DNA from: Candidatus Berkelbacteria bacterium RIFCSPLOWO2_01_FULL_50_28
GTDB lineage: Bacteria; Patescibacteriota; UBA1384; 2-12-FULL-50-11
Length of the DNA stretch: 64,000 nucleotides
Assembly: GCA_001774395.1 (NCBI GenBank)
Contig: MEZX01000002.1
Span: 402,108 to 466,107, forward strand
Direction of reading: 5' to 3'
Position numbers and translations under genes: made by a program. Below are positions 56,351 through 64,000 of this stretch, piece after piece (position 1 is the stretch's first letter; every line of letters starts with the position of its first letter). Under the pieces are notes generated by a model. That model was not told the origin of the DNA. It was given only the letters and a program-made list of their open reading frames with translations, and did no database searches.

Positions 56351-57245
56351 CGATCCAGTAGCCGAAGAGAAACTAGCCGAACAAGAGTCGGAAGTGTTGG
56401 CGCACCACGGAACCGAACCTTCCGCGGAGGAAGCCGCGACTTCGCCCGACGAAGAAGCCCAAAAGTCGGCTGAGGTTGCCGAGATGACAGACACTGACGA
56501 AGTGATGCCGGCCGAAATTGCCGCTATCCACGAGGTGATTGAGCCTGAGTCCAAACTTGAACGAAAAAAGGCAAAGAAAGTCGAGCGTAAAACTGCTCGC
56601 GAATCAAAGCCGGAAAAATCTAAGTCTAAAAAAACCGGCCATCGTTCGGCAAAATATTTGGAAGCAAAGAAACTACTTGAAGCAGGTAAACTCTATCCGC
56701 TAACTGACGCCATCGAGTTAGTGAGAAAACTTTCGTTAAGCAAGTTTGACGGCGCGATCGAGCTTCATCTGCGCCTAACCGCCAAAAAAGCCAAAGGTTC
56801 AACTGAATCACAGCGAGGCATCTTTCATCTGCCTCACGGCACGGGCAAAGACAAAAAGATCGTGGTGTTGGACGAAAAAGCAATCGAAGAAATCGCCAAG
56901 ACCAAAAAAATCAATTTTGATATTGCCATCGCTTCGCCAGAACTGATGCCGAAAGTTGCCAAAATTGCCAAGATTCTAGGGCCGCGTGGTTTGATGCCTG
57001 ATCCAAAATCCGGCACTGTCACTAACGACCCGAAACACGTTATGGACGAGATTAGTTCTGGTAAGACGCAGTATCGCGTTGACGCTTCAAACAATGTTCA
57101 CCAAACAATCGGCCGAGTCTCATGGGAAACCGACAAACTGACAGAAAATGCCAAAGTTGTTCTGGCCGTTTTTCCTAAAACTCGCCTAGCTTCGGCGCAC
57201 CTCGGCGCCAGCATCGGTCCAGCAATTCCGCTTGAACTAAAGTAA
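56328..57245 (+). CDS. rplA: 50S ribosomal protein L1 with N-terminal acidic/basic extension
   Basis: LPHGTGK, LGPRGLMPDPKSGTVT; start 56328 or 56337. Confidence 0.93.
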   Translation: MLKMKTNNDPVAEEKLAEQESEVLAHHGTEPSAEEAATSPDEEAQKSAEVAEMTDTDEVMPAEIAAIHEVIEPESKLERKKAKKVERKTARESKPEKSKSKKTGHRSAKYLEAKKLLEAGKLYPLTDAIELVRKLSLSKFDGAIELHLRLTAKKAKGSTESQRGIFHLPHGTGKDKKIVVLDEKAIEEIAKTKKINFDIAIASPELMPKVAKIAKILGPRGLMPDPKSGTVTNDPKHVMDEISSGKTQYRVDASNNVHQTIGRVSWETDKLTENAKVVLAVFPKTRLASAHLGASIGPAIPLELK

Positions 57246-57763
57246 TGACGGCGCGCCTCGTCGGGCCCGTCGCGTTTCTGGCTTTGGTCGCAGTAGGTTT
57301 TTTGATGTTTGGTGCTAGTGATTCGACGGGCAACAAGCAGCTAACTCCCGCCGAAACCATCGCGCCTTATGCGACGAATGTTGCGATTCCCAACATTCAG
57401 ATTACTGACGCGGCAGGCAAGGAAACTTGGCTGAATAAATTGCGTGGCCCGATCCTTATCACGCTCTGGAGCGGCGAATGTCCGGAGTGTAAAGAGGGGC
57501 TCAAAGATATTGAGACATTCGTAAAAGGGAACACCCAATTCAAAGTGATGCTTGTAAATCATCTCCAGAATCCCGAAACCGCCAATGCGGTGCTGAAAAA
57601 GAATAGTGTAACGTTGCCGACGTATTTCGATCACAACGGTGATGCGTTCCGCGCGCTCTCTGCAACCATGCCCGCCTCCTATTATATAATTGAGGGACGA
57701 ATTCGCTACTTCTTCCCGGGTCGAATTTCCACCGAACATCTGCAAGCGCTGTTAACGCAGTAA
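57245..57763 (+). CDS. TlpA/ResA-like thioredoxin-fold membrane protein
   Basis: N-terminal TM, WSGECPEC, cis-Pro MP. Confidence 0.82.
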   Translation: MTARLVGPVAFLALVAVGFLMFGASDSTGNKQLTPAETIAPYATNVAIPNIQITDAAGKETWLNKLRGPILITLWSGECPECKEGLKDIETFVKGNTQFKVMLVNHLQNPETANAVLKKNSVTLPTYFDHNGDAFRALSATMPASYYIIEGRIRYFFPGRISTEHLQALLTQ

Positions 57764-57820
57764 TAAAAAAACCGCGCCGGGAGCTTGGGGGCTCCAGGCG
57801 CGAAGGGGTGGGGTTGGTAC

Positions 57821-58180
57821 TTATTCGTAAACGCATATTGTTTCACCTTGCCAGACGGCGTCCCAGAATCTCACACCCCTATGTCCGCTGTAGCGTTTCG
57901 AGGTCAAGAATTCGACCCCAAGTAAACCGGAGAGAATTTGCTTGGCGGCTTCGACGTCGGTAACTTCCATTTCGAGGATGGGGCAGGATCGTGTCTTCCC
58001 ACGCCCAATGCTTTCTTCGCATTGCTCGGGAATCGCTTCGTTGAGAATCTTAGAGAAAGCTCTCTTTTCTTTCGGATTACACTCGAGCAGCTTGTCCAAC
58101 GCCTCGAGCAAAGCGATAGACCGTTCGTGATATTGAAGACAGTCCCGACAGTCGTTGATCTGTGACCGTAATATCTGCAT
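57821..58180 (-). CDS. Hypothetical protein
   Basis: GGAGG RBS before ATG 58180; terminator hairpin near 57765-57802. Confidence 0.6.
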   Translation of the reverse strand: MQILRSQINDCRDCLQYHERSIALLEALDKLLECNPKEKRAFSKILNEAIPEQCEESIGRGKTRSCPILEMEVTDVEAAKQILSGLLGVEFLTSKRYSGHRGVRFWDAVWQGETICVYE

Positions 58181-58279
58181 GTGCGCCCTCCCGCGAAAAT
58201 TCGCTTGAGGCAATTATATTCTTTCCTCGGTTTCTATCAACCAGTGTTGACGGTCTAGTTAGTTTTTGCAATAATGTTT

Positions 58280-58405
58280 GAGCTACGAAGAAAGTAGGTG
58301 ACCCCTTCGACTTCGCTCAGGGTAAACCCCGACAAGTTGAAGCAAGTCTTAATTTCCTACCGAGGGCAAAACGATTTAATCGTCCTTGCTTTGTGGGCGG
58401 TTTTT
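58280..58405 (+). promoter_or_regulatory. L10 leader (rplJ autoregulatory RNA)
   Basis: CGAAGA-AAGTAGG...CCTAC-CGAGG core upstream of rplJ-rplL, as recalled for the L10_leader family. Confidence 0.65.
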
Positions 58406-58473
58406 AAATTTTCGGAGAATTGGAAATTGAAAACTGCAAAATGAAAATTGTTAAATCCGGAGGATTTAAGATA

Positions 58474-59172
58474 ATGCCAATACTACGAGCCCAAAAAGTT
58501 GATCTAGTCGCCAAGCTAACAGAGGAGTTGCAAAACTCCCGGGTAGCGCTGGTTTTTGCTTACACTGGTTTGAATATGTCGGCCAACGACAAGCTGCGCA
58601 CGGCGGCTTTTGAAGCTGGCGCCAAGATCAAGATGATTTCAAATAATCTGTTGAGGCTGATCTTAAAAAACACCAAACGCGAGCTGGAAATTCCCGAAAA
58701 AACTTTAGCCTTGGCGTATGGATTTGAGGACGAAGTTGTCGCCGCCAAAACTTTGGTGGAATTTGCCAAAGAGACTGAAACGCTGGAAGTTTTGGGTGGG
58801 TGGATCGATGGTAATTTCTTCGACGCCTCGCAGATCAAAACCCTGTCCGCACTGCCAAACAAAGAAACTTTACAGGCGCAGCTGGTAGGCCGTTTGAATG
58901 GAATAATCGCTGGTTTGGCATATTCTTTGAACTTCCCGATTCAGAAGTTGGCGTTTGTTGTTGAAGCAGTCAAGAACGCCCAACCGGCAGCCGAAGTAAA
59001 GGTAGAGGAAAAACCAGTCGCAGAAGATCCCAAGGCAGAGGAGCCCTCTGAATCAGCGGAAACTCCTACTGAGGAATCAAAAGAAGAAACTAAAACCGAA
59101 GAAGTAGAGGTGTCGGACTTGTCCGACGGAGCTTTAGCGAAGTCGGAAGAAGTTAAAGAAGAAGATAAATAA
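58474..59172 (+). CDS. rplJ: 50S ribosomal protein L10 with acidic tail
   Basis: YTGL...KLR, SNNLL, LSALPNKE.L.AQLVG; upstream of rplL. Confidence 0.93.
   Translation: MPILRAQKVDLVAKLTEELQNSRVALVFAYTGLNMSANDKLRTAAFEAGAKIKMISNNLLRLILKNTKRELEIPEKTLALAYGFEDEVVAAKTLVEFAKETETLEVLGGWIDGNFFDASQIKTLSALPNKETLQAQLVGRLNGIIAGLAYSLNFPIQKLAFVVEAVKNAQPAAEVKVEEKPVAEDPKAEEPSESAETPTEESKEETKTEEVEVSDLSDGALAKSEEVKEEDK
59115..59147. repeat. In-frame palindromic insertion in the rplJ tail
   Basis: GGACTTGTCCGACGGAGCTTTAGCGAAGTCGGA, 33 nt. Confidence 0.75.
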
Positions 59173-59225
59173 TATAGTAAAACCCATTATCGGTTAGAGC
59201 CGATAATGTAAAAGAAAGGAATAAT

Positions 59226-59609
59226 ATGGCAGATAAAGTAGACAAATTGATTGATCAGATTGCCGAGTTATCGGTAATGGAATTGAGTGAGTTAGTAAAA
59301 GCCGTTGAAGAGAAGTTCGGTGTTAGCGCTATGCCTGTCATGGCTGCTGGCGCTCCTGCTCCAGCCGCCGGTGGCGCTGCCGAAGCCGCCGAGGAAAAGA
59401 GTGAGTACAACGTTGTACTGACCGCTTCGGGCGAGCAGAAGATTGCCGTCATCAAGGCCGTTCGTGAGATTAAACAGGACTTGGGCTTGAAAGAAGCCAA
59501 GGATCTCGTTGACGCCGCTCCTAAAGAACTCGGTGTCATGAAGAAAGCCGACGCTGAAGAAGCGAAGAAAAAGCTCGAAGAAGCCGGCGCTACGGTTGAG
59601 CTAAAATAG
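59226..59609 (+). CDS. rplL: 50S ribosomal protein L7/L12
   Basis: [36 protein letters not shown]. Confidence 0.98.
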   Translation: MADKVDKLIDQIAELSVMELSELVKAVEEKFGVSAMPVMAAGAPAPAAGGAAEAAEEKSEYNVVLTASGEQKIAVIKAVREIKQDLGLKEAKDLVDAAPKELGVMKKADAEEAKKKLEEAGATVELK

Positions 59610-59689
59610 CTCAACACGAGCAACCCCGAGCGTAGTCGAGGGGCGCGACTGTTGAATTGAAGTAATAATTCTTAAATTCTAAATGCGAG

Positions 59690-59712
59690 AGCCGCCCAAC
59701 CGGGCGGTTTTT
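59690..59712 (+). terminator. Intrinsic terminator of rplJ-rplL
   Basis: AGCCGCCC-AACC-GGGCGGTTTTT. Confidence 0.75.
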
Positions 59713-59713
59713 G

Positions 59714-60127
59714 CTAACCACCTAATATTTTTCTGATTTTTGGCAGAACGCGTTGATGGTTTGGCCAGGTTAAGGCCTCTTCGAGCTTGTCGAGTGTGTA
59801 CCAACCGTGCTCTTCGTTGCCCTCTAAATAATGCACATCAGTATTAGGAATTTCGATCAAAAATGCCCATTCGGTTGAGAGTTTGTTTTGGGCTTTAAGA
59901 TCTACTACTTCTTTATGATTCAGATTTGTTACCGAAATCGGTTCAACACCAAACTCTTCGACGGTTTCGCGCCGAGCAGCTTGCTCCAGGGTTTCGTCCG
60001 GAATATTGTCGCCGACGTGCCCACTCAAAACATTTTTGTAGCCGTCGTGATGATGCTGAACAAAGAACTCAATTCGCCCGTTATTGTTGCGGTAAGCGAA
60101 CATTAAGATTTTGGTGACCTTTTTCAT
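59714..60127 (-). CDS. NUDIX hydrolase
   Basis: GHVG....DETLEQAARRETVEEFG Nudix box. Confidence 0.88.
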   Translation of the reverse strand: MKKVTKILMFAYRNNNGRIEFFVQHHHDGYKNVLSGHVGDNIPDETLEQAARRETVEEFGVEPISVTNLNHKEVVDLKAQNKLSTEWAFLIEIPNTDVHYLEGNEEHGWYTLDKLEEALTWPNHQRVLPKIRKILGG

Positions 60128-60239
60128 TGCAAACAGTATTACAAATTCAGTCGGTAGTTCCAACCGATTTGCAGTAAATCATGCTTGCTGTGTCGACATT
60201 TTGAGATGATTGCGCTAAACTAGCGCTGGAGGATTGAAC

Positions 60240-60725
60240 ATGACTTGTCGGTACTGCAAAAAAGATCCCAAGGCTTTCATGCTGATTCCTGAGGGCCTGG
60301 AAGCGGTTGACGTGAACCAGTCACCCTTTGCTTGTTTTGATTGTGCGATTAGGGAAGGCATTCTCTGCGTCAAGCACAATAGGGCTCATCAGTGTTTCGG
60401 CCTTGGTAAGCATGCTTGTTGGGGTTGTGTTGACGAGGCGCGCCAGCATCTGGCGCCGCACACTGAGCGGGTGTTGGCGCTAGTGTTGAAACTGCTGGAG
60501 AGGCTGCCGAAAGACCTTCGTGTGCAATTCTTTGAACAGGGGGCGATTGATGTTGCACCGGTCGGAGGAGGCAAAGGTCGCATCTGCTTTGAGTTCCTGG
60601 CGCGCGAGATCGCGATCAACAAACTCGATCCCGGCGAGTTCGTCAAAAAGTACTTTCTCGAGAACCGTGAGCAAGGCGAGATCTTCGCGCTTCTCAAGCC
60701 GTTTCCACGGCATGTCGGCGCCTAG
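60240..60725 (+). CDS. Hypothetical protein with Cys/His-rich N-terminal domain
   Basis: GGAGG RBS; CRYC, CFDC, CVKH, HACWGC. Confidence 0.65.
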   Translation: MTCRYCKKDPKAFMLIPEGLEAVDVNQSPFACFDCAIREGILCVKHNRAHQCFGLGKHACWGCVDEARQHLAPHTERVLALVLKLLERLPKDLRVQFFEQGAIDVAPVGGGKGRICFEFLAREIAINKLDPGEFVKKYFLENREQGEIFALLKPFPRHVGA

Positions 60726-60737
60726 CGCGCCACCACC

Positions 60738-60774
60738 CAAAAGCCGCATGGGGCCCGCCCCAGCGGCTTTTGAA
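60738..60774 (+). terminator. Shared hairpin, copy 1
   Basis: CAAAAGCCGCATGGGGCCCGCCCCAGCGGCTTTTGAA. Confidence 0.75.
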
Positions 60775-60913
60775 CTACAACTGATTGATCTCTAGCGCAA
60801 ATAGCGGTAGTATTCTCTACGAAGTAGATCTTTCTGTCAGACCGTCGGTCTAATAGGAATTACCTCAAGTTCGGGCTCTAAGCCCGCGCAAATTTATTTT
60901 CGGGAGCAGTAAC

Positions 60914-61843
60914 GTGAATGAACTATTTGATAGGGATATCTTGAGCGGTGAGCAGTTCACGCTCGATGAGATTCAGACAGTCATGGGCGTGGCGCATGAT
61001 ATGCGTCGGCGCGTAGCCCATGGCACTCATCTCGACAACTGTCACGGAAAAGTCCTCGCCTCGCTCTTCTTTGAGCCAAGCACGCGGACGCGGCTGTCGT
61101 TTGAGACGGCAATGTTGCGGCTCGGCGGCCAGGTGATCGGCTTCTCTTCGGCGGAGTCGACTTCTGTGAGCAAGGGCGAGACGCTATCAGACACGATTCA
61201 GATGGCGGATCAGTTCGCCAACGTAATTGCGATGCGCCATCCGCGAGTTGGATCGGCGCACGAGGCAGCGGCAGTCGCCGTGCGGCCGGTGATCAACGGC
61301 GGCGATGGAATTGGCCAGCACCCAACCCAGGCGCTTCTGGATCTGTTCACTCTCCAACAAGAACTTGGCGACTTTGACGGAAGGACGATCGCACTGGTCG
61401 GTGATCTGCGGCACGGTCGGACGGTCCACTCGGCGGTTGAGATATACAAGCATTTCAACTGTAGGCTGATCCTGGTTTCGCCTGAGCAGCTTATGCTTCA
61501 GCGTCCAATGGTGGAATCGCTGCACAAGAGTGGCGTGGCCGTCACAGAGACGACAGATCTGGAATCGGCGCTTTCCGCTTCTGACGCGGTCTACATGACC
61601 CGCATCCAGAAGGAACGCTTCGCTGATCCGAGTGAGTACGAAAAGGTGAAGGGCTGCTACGTGCTTAACCGCGAGCTGATCATGCGGACCAATTCGCGCA
61701 TCGTTGTACTTCATCCGCTGCCGCGCGTGGACGAAATTTCCACCGACGTGGACGACCTGCCCGGCGCGGCGTACTTCCGCCAAGCCCAAAACGGGGTTTA
61801 CGTGCGCATGGCGCTAATCGCGATGGTGCTCGGCAAGGCCTGA
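60914..61843 (+). CDS. pyrB: Aspartate carbamoyltransferase catalytic subunit
   Basis: FFEPSTRT, KGETL.DT, HPTQALLD, GDLRHGRT, MTRIQKER, HPLPR. Confidence 0.96.
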   Translation: MNELFDRDILSGEQFTLDEIQTVMGVAHDMRRRVAHGTHLDNCHGKVLASLFFEPSTRTRLSFETAMLRLGGQVIGFSSAESTSVSKGETLSDTIQMADQFANVIAMRHPRVGSAHEAAAVAVRPVINGGDGIGQHPTQALLDLFTLQQELGDFDGRTIALVGDLRHGRTVHSAVEIYKHFNCRLILVSPEQLMLQRPMVESLHKSGVAVTETTDLESALSASDAVYMTRIQKERFADPSEYEKVKGCYVLNRELIMRTNSRIVVLHPLPRVDEISTDVDDLPGAAYFRQAQNGVYVRMALIAMVLGKA

Positions 61844-61871
61844 CGCCAAGCTCGCTCGTCTCCCGCACAAC

Positions 61872-61910
61872 CAAAAAGCCGCATGGGGCCCCTGCCCAGC
61901 GGCTTTTGAA
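61872..61910 (+). terminator. Shared hairpin, copy 2
   Basis: CAAAAAGCCGCATGGGGCCCCTGCCCAGCGGCTTTTGAA. Confidence 0.75.
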
Positions 61911-62341
61911 AAATACTCAAAATCGAAAAATCAAATAAAAAAAGAAGTCCCGCATATTTGCGTATACGGGAACTTCTTTCCACACTTGCACCAAAAGGAT
62001 GTATCTGCAGGCAACCTACGTTTCGCCTTCTTGAACGTCGCAAAACGCTCAACCATCACTCCAAACACATTTGCCTTGTGGAAGGACAGGGCTGTGTTTT
62101 TAACGATCTCACGATCTCGAACACAAGCGAACAATCACACACTACCTAACACTTATCGCTTTGATGCGCCTAACGAACGAACTACACCACGGAAGGACAG
62201 TATCCTATCCATGAGCCCATGAGGGCTATATTCAATATACGCCTTTTTTGCTATTTTTGGTCAAGCCCTAGCTCTAGCGCGGCACGCATTTTATTGCTAA
62301 CGATTAAGTAAAGACTTAGATATGGGAAGGAGGTGAAGAAG

Positions 62342-62509
62342 ATGGGAACGCATTATGTTTGCCGCGGTGAATGCAAAGCGGTTTCAGATGAAGAGGGGAG
62401 CTGCAGCAGTGATAGCTGCTCGATGCACGGTCAGAAGCTAGAGATCTGTCCTTGCACAGATGGCTCGCACAGTACTAGTCCGATGGAGATGGGCGCTGAT
62501 GAAGCATAA
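62342..62509 (+). CDS. Small Cys/His-rich (metallothionein-like) protein
   Basis: AGGAGGTG RBS; 55 aa MGTHYVCRGECKAVSDEEGSCSSDSCSMHGQKLEICPCTDGSH...; absent from the track. Confidence 0.75.
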   Translation: MGTHYVCRGECKAVSDEEGSCSSDSCSMHGQKLEICPCTDGSHSTSPMEMGADEA

Positions 62510-62735
62510 CGCCGTCAATGTTGTTGGCTGGTTAGGGGTGATTGCGATTGTCCTGGCTTACGGGCTCAATATTGCAGGAGTTGTCGCGGTTAGTTCCTAC
62601 GTCTACCTGCTGCTAAATGGGCTCGGTGCAGTTGCTTTGATTTGGGAATCATCAACCAAAAAAGACTGGCAGTTGGTGGTGCTTAATATAGTTTGGGCTC
62701 TTATTGCCATTTACGGTGTGCTAAGTGCCCTCTAA
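62499..62735 (+). CDS. Small three-TM membrane protein (CBU_0592-like)
   Basis: GWLG...LAY, Y.LLNGLG, LNIVW..I pattern. Confidence 0.75.
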   Translation: MKHNAVNVVGWLGVIAIVLAYGLNIAGVVAVSSYVYLLLNGLGAVALIWESSTKKDWQLVVLNIVWALIAIYGVLSAL

Positions 62736-62752
62736 CTGGTAGAATAACCAAA

Positions 62753-63271
62753 ATGAGCAAGTTGCAGACTGTTGTCTTTTTAGTGCGCCACGGCGAGACC
62801 GACCATTTTTATAGTGTTGATGAGAGTATAGATAAGCAACGGCAGCTAACCGGTCGTGGCCGAGCTCAAGCCACGGTAGTGGGTAAGTATCTGGCACAGT
62901 TTATGCCCGAGATAATTTACTCCAGTCCGCTGGAGCGTTGCCGTGAAACGGCCGCATTAATCGCCAAAGAAATAGGCGATCCCAAGATTGAGACAACGGC
63001 GAAACTCGCGGAAATATACTCTCCAGAACCGAGGAATGAAGCAGGGGAGAGGGGAGAGTCAATTTTTTCACGCATCTTGACCAAGCATGCTGGTGAACAG
63101 GTGGTTTGCGTGACCCACCAATATATTATCCGTTATGCTGTGGCTGATTTTCGACACTCGGAGTACGAACACATTCCATGTGATTCTGCCGACGTTTATC
63201 GCTTCGTTTTTGCCGGCAAGATTCTGGTTGAGGTCACCCACTTACGTCCGGCCCATGAAATTCACAGTTGA
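62753..63271 (+). CDS. Histidine phosphatase family protein
   Basis: RHGET, SSPLERC.ETA, VTH. Confidence 0.9.
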   Translation: MSKLQTVVFLVRHGETDHFYSVDESIDKQRQLTGRGRAQATVVGKYLAQFMPEIIYSSPLERCRETAALIAKEIGDPKIETTAKLAEIYSPEPRNEAGERGESIFSRILTKHAGEQVVCVTHQYIIRYAVADFRHSEYEHIPCDSADVYRFVFAGKILVEVTHLRPAHEIHS

Positions 63272-64000
63272 TCATTCTCTGGCTGGTTCATTCGCGCGTA
63301 CCGGAACGCTAGACACAGCGCACGGTAGGGTCGTTACCCCAGCTTTTATGCCAGTTGGTACGATGGGCGCCGTAAAAACCTTAGCGCCGTGGGAGCTGGA
63401 GGAGCTTGGCAGTGAAATTATTTTAGGAAACACGTACCATCTGCACTTGCGCCCGGGCGAAAACGTCATCCAAAAAACCGGCGGCCTGCAGAAGTGGACG
63501 GGTTGGAATAAGCCGATTCTAACCGATTCCGGTGGCTATCAGGCTTTTTCGCTCGGCAAGACCAAAGCCAACATGGCCAAAACCACCGATCGTGGTGTGC
63601 AATTTTATTCACATCTAGATGGTAAGAAGCTTTTCTTTACGCCCGAGAGTGTTATCGATATCCAACTTAAACTCGGTTCAGACATCGTGATGGTTTTAGA
63701 CGACTGCGCGCCTTACCCTTCCACTACGGCGCGTCTTCAAGAAGGAGTGGCCAGAACAGGGGAGTGGGCGAAAAAATCGGTTGATTATTGGCAGCAGATT
63801 CACAACTTGGACCTGAAGGCCTGCCCTTCAGGGAAGATTTGCGGAAAGGCCTTGTTTGGAATCGTGCAGGGTGGTACGGACAAGAGCCTACGGCAACAAT
63901 CGCTAAACGACATTCAGAGTTTGCCATTTGATGGTATTGCTATTGGCGGCGTGTCGGTGGGGGAGGGGAAGGAAAATATGCTCTCAGCGGTGGACTTTAT
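63255..64000 (+). CDS. tgt: tRNA-guanine transglycosylase (3' end beyond window)
   Basis: ARTG...HG..VTPAFMPVGT.GAVK, GNTYHL, TDSGGYQ, GSDIVMVLDDC, GIVQGG. Confidence 0.95.
   Translation, partial: MKFTVDHSLAGSFARTGTLDTAHGRVVTPAFMPVGTMGAVKTLAPWELEELGSEIILGNTYHLHLRPGENVIQKTGGLQKWTGWNKPILTDSGGYQAFSLGKTKANMAKTTDRGVQFYSHLDGKKLFFTPESVIDIQLKLGSDIVMVLDDCAPYPSTTARLQEGVARTGEWAKKSVDYWQQIHNLDLKACPSGKICGKALFGIVQGGTDKSLRQQSLNDIQSLPFDGIAIGGVSVGEGKENMLSAVDF

Noticed and set aside
60830-60910. PyrR attenuator upstream of pyrB
   Set aside because: No AGUCCNGNGAGGYU binding loop and no clear U-tailed terminator
1-64000. Genetic code 25 (UGA=Gly), and the many short nested or antisense ORFs in the track
   Set aside because: RF2 is present and conserved genes such as pyrB and pilB end at TGA; the nested ORFs lie within well-supported genes and have no motifs

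Overview
This 64-kb window reads in standard genetic code 11 and looks like a Patescibacteria (CPR) chromosome; that is inferred from gene content and divergence, and Berkelbacteria-like is only a guess. It holds a cell-wall/repair block (murG, murC, a degenerate murB, ftsQ-like, recJ, radA, class A PBP), tyrS, a divergent argS, cysS, five tRNAs, thyX plus dCMP deaminase, and a type IV pilus locus. It also has dprA-topA-recR, prfB, pth, pyrB and a partial tgt. The ancestral tRNA-rpmG-secE-nusG-rplK-rplA-rplJ-rplL cluster stays collinear but is spread over about 41 kb. The most unusual signals are: (1) an HTH+LAGLIDADG-like ORF that reads through a whole tRNA-Thr, preceded by a structured element built from inverted and direct copies of the tRNA-Tyr 3' end; (2) a covarying hairpin repeat inserted in frame in topA and rplJ; (3) three exported proteins, two with silk-like poly-Ala/Ser tracts (one with an LPXTG-type tail), behind a long structured leader and near a non-canonical B12 radical SAM gene; (4) several candidate structured ncRNAs and probable pseudoenzymes. 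No CRISPR-Cas, rRNA or intact transposase was seen. All calls are by eye, without database searches.
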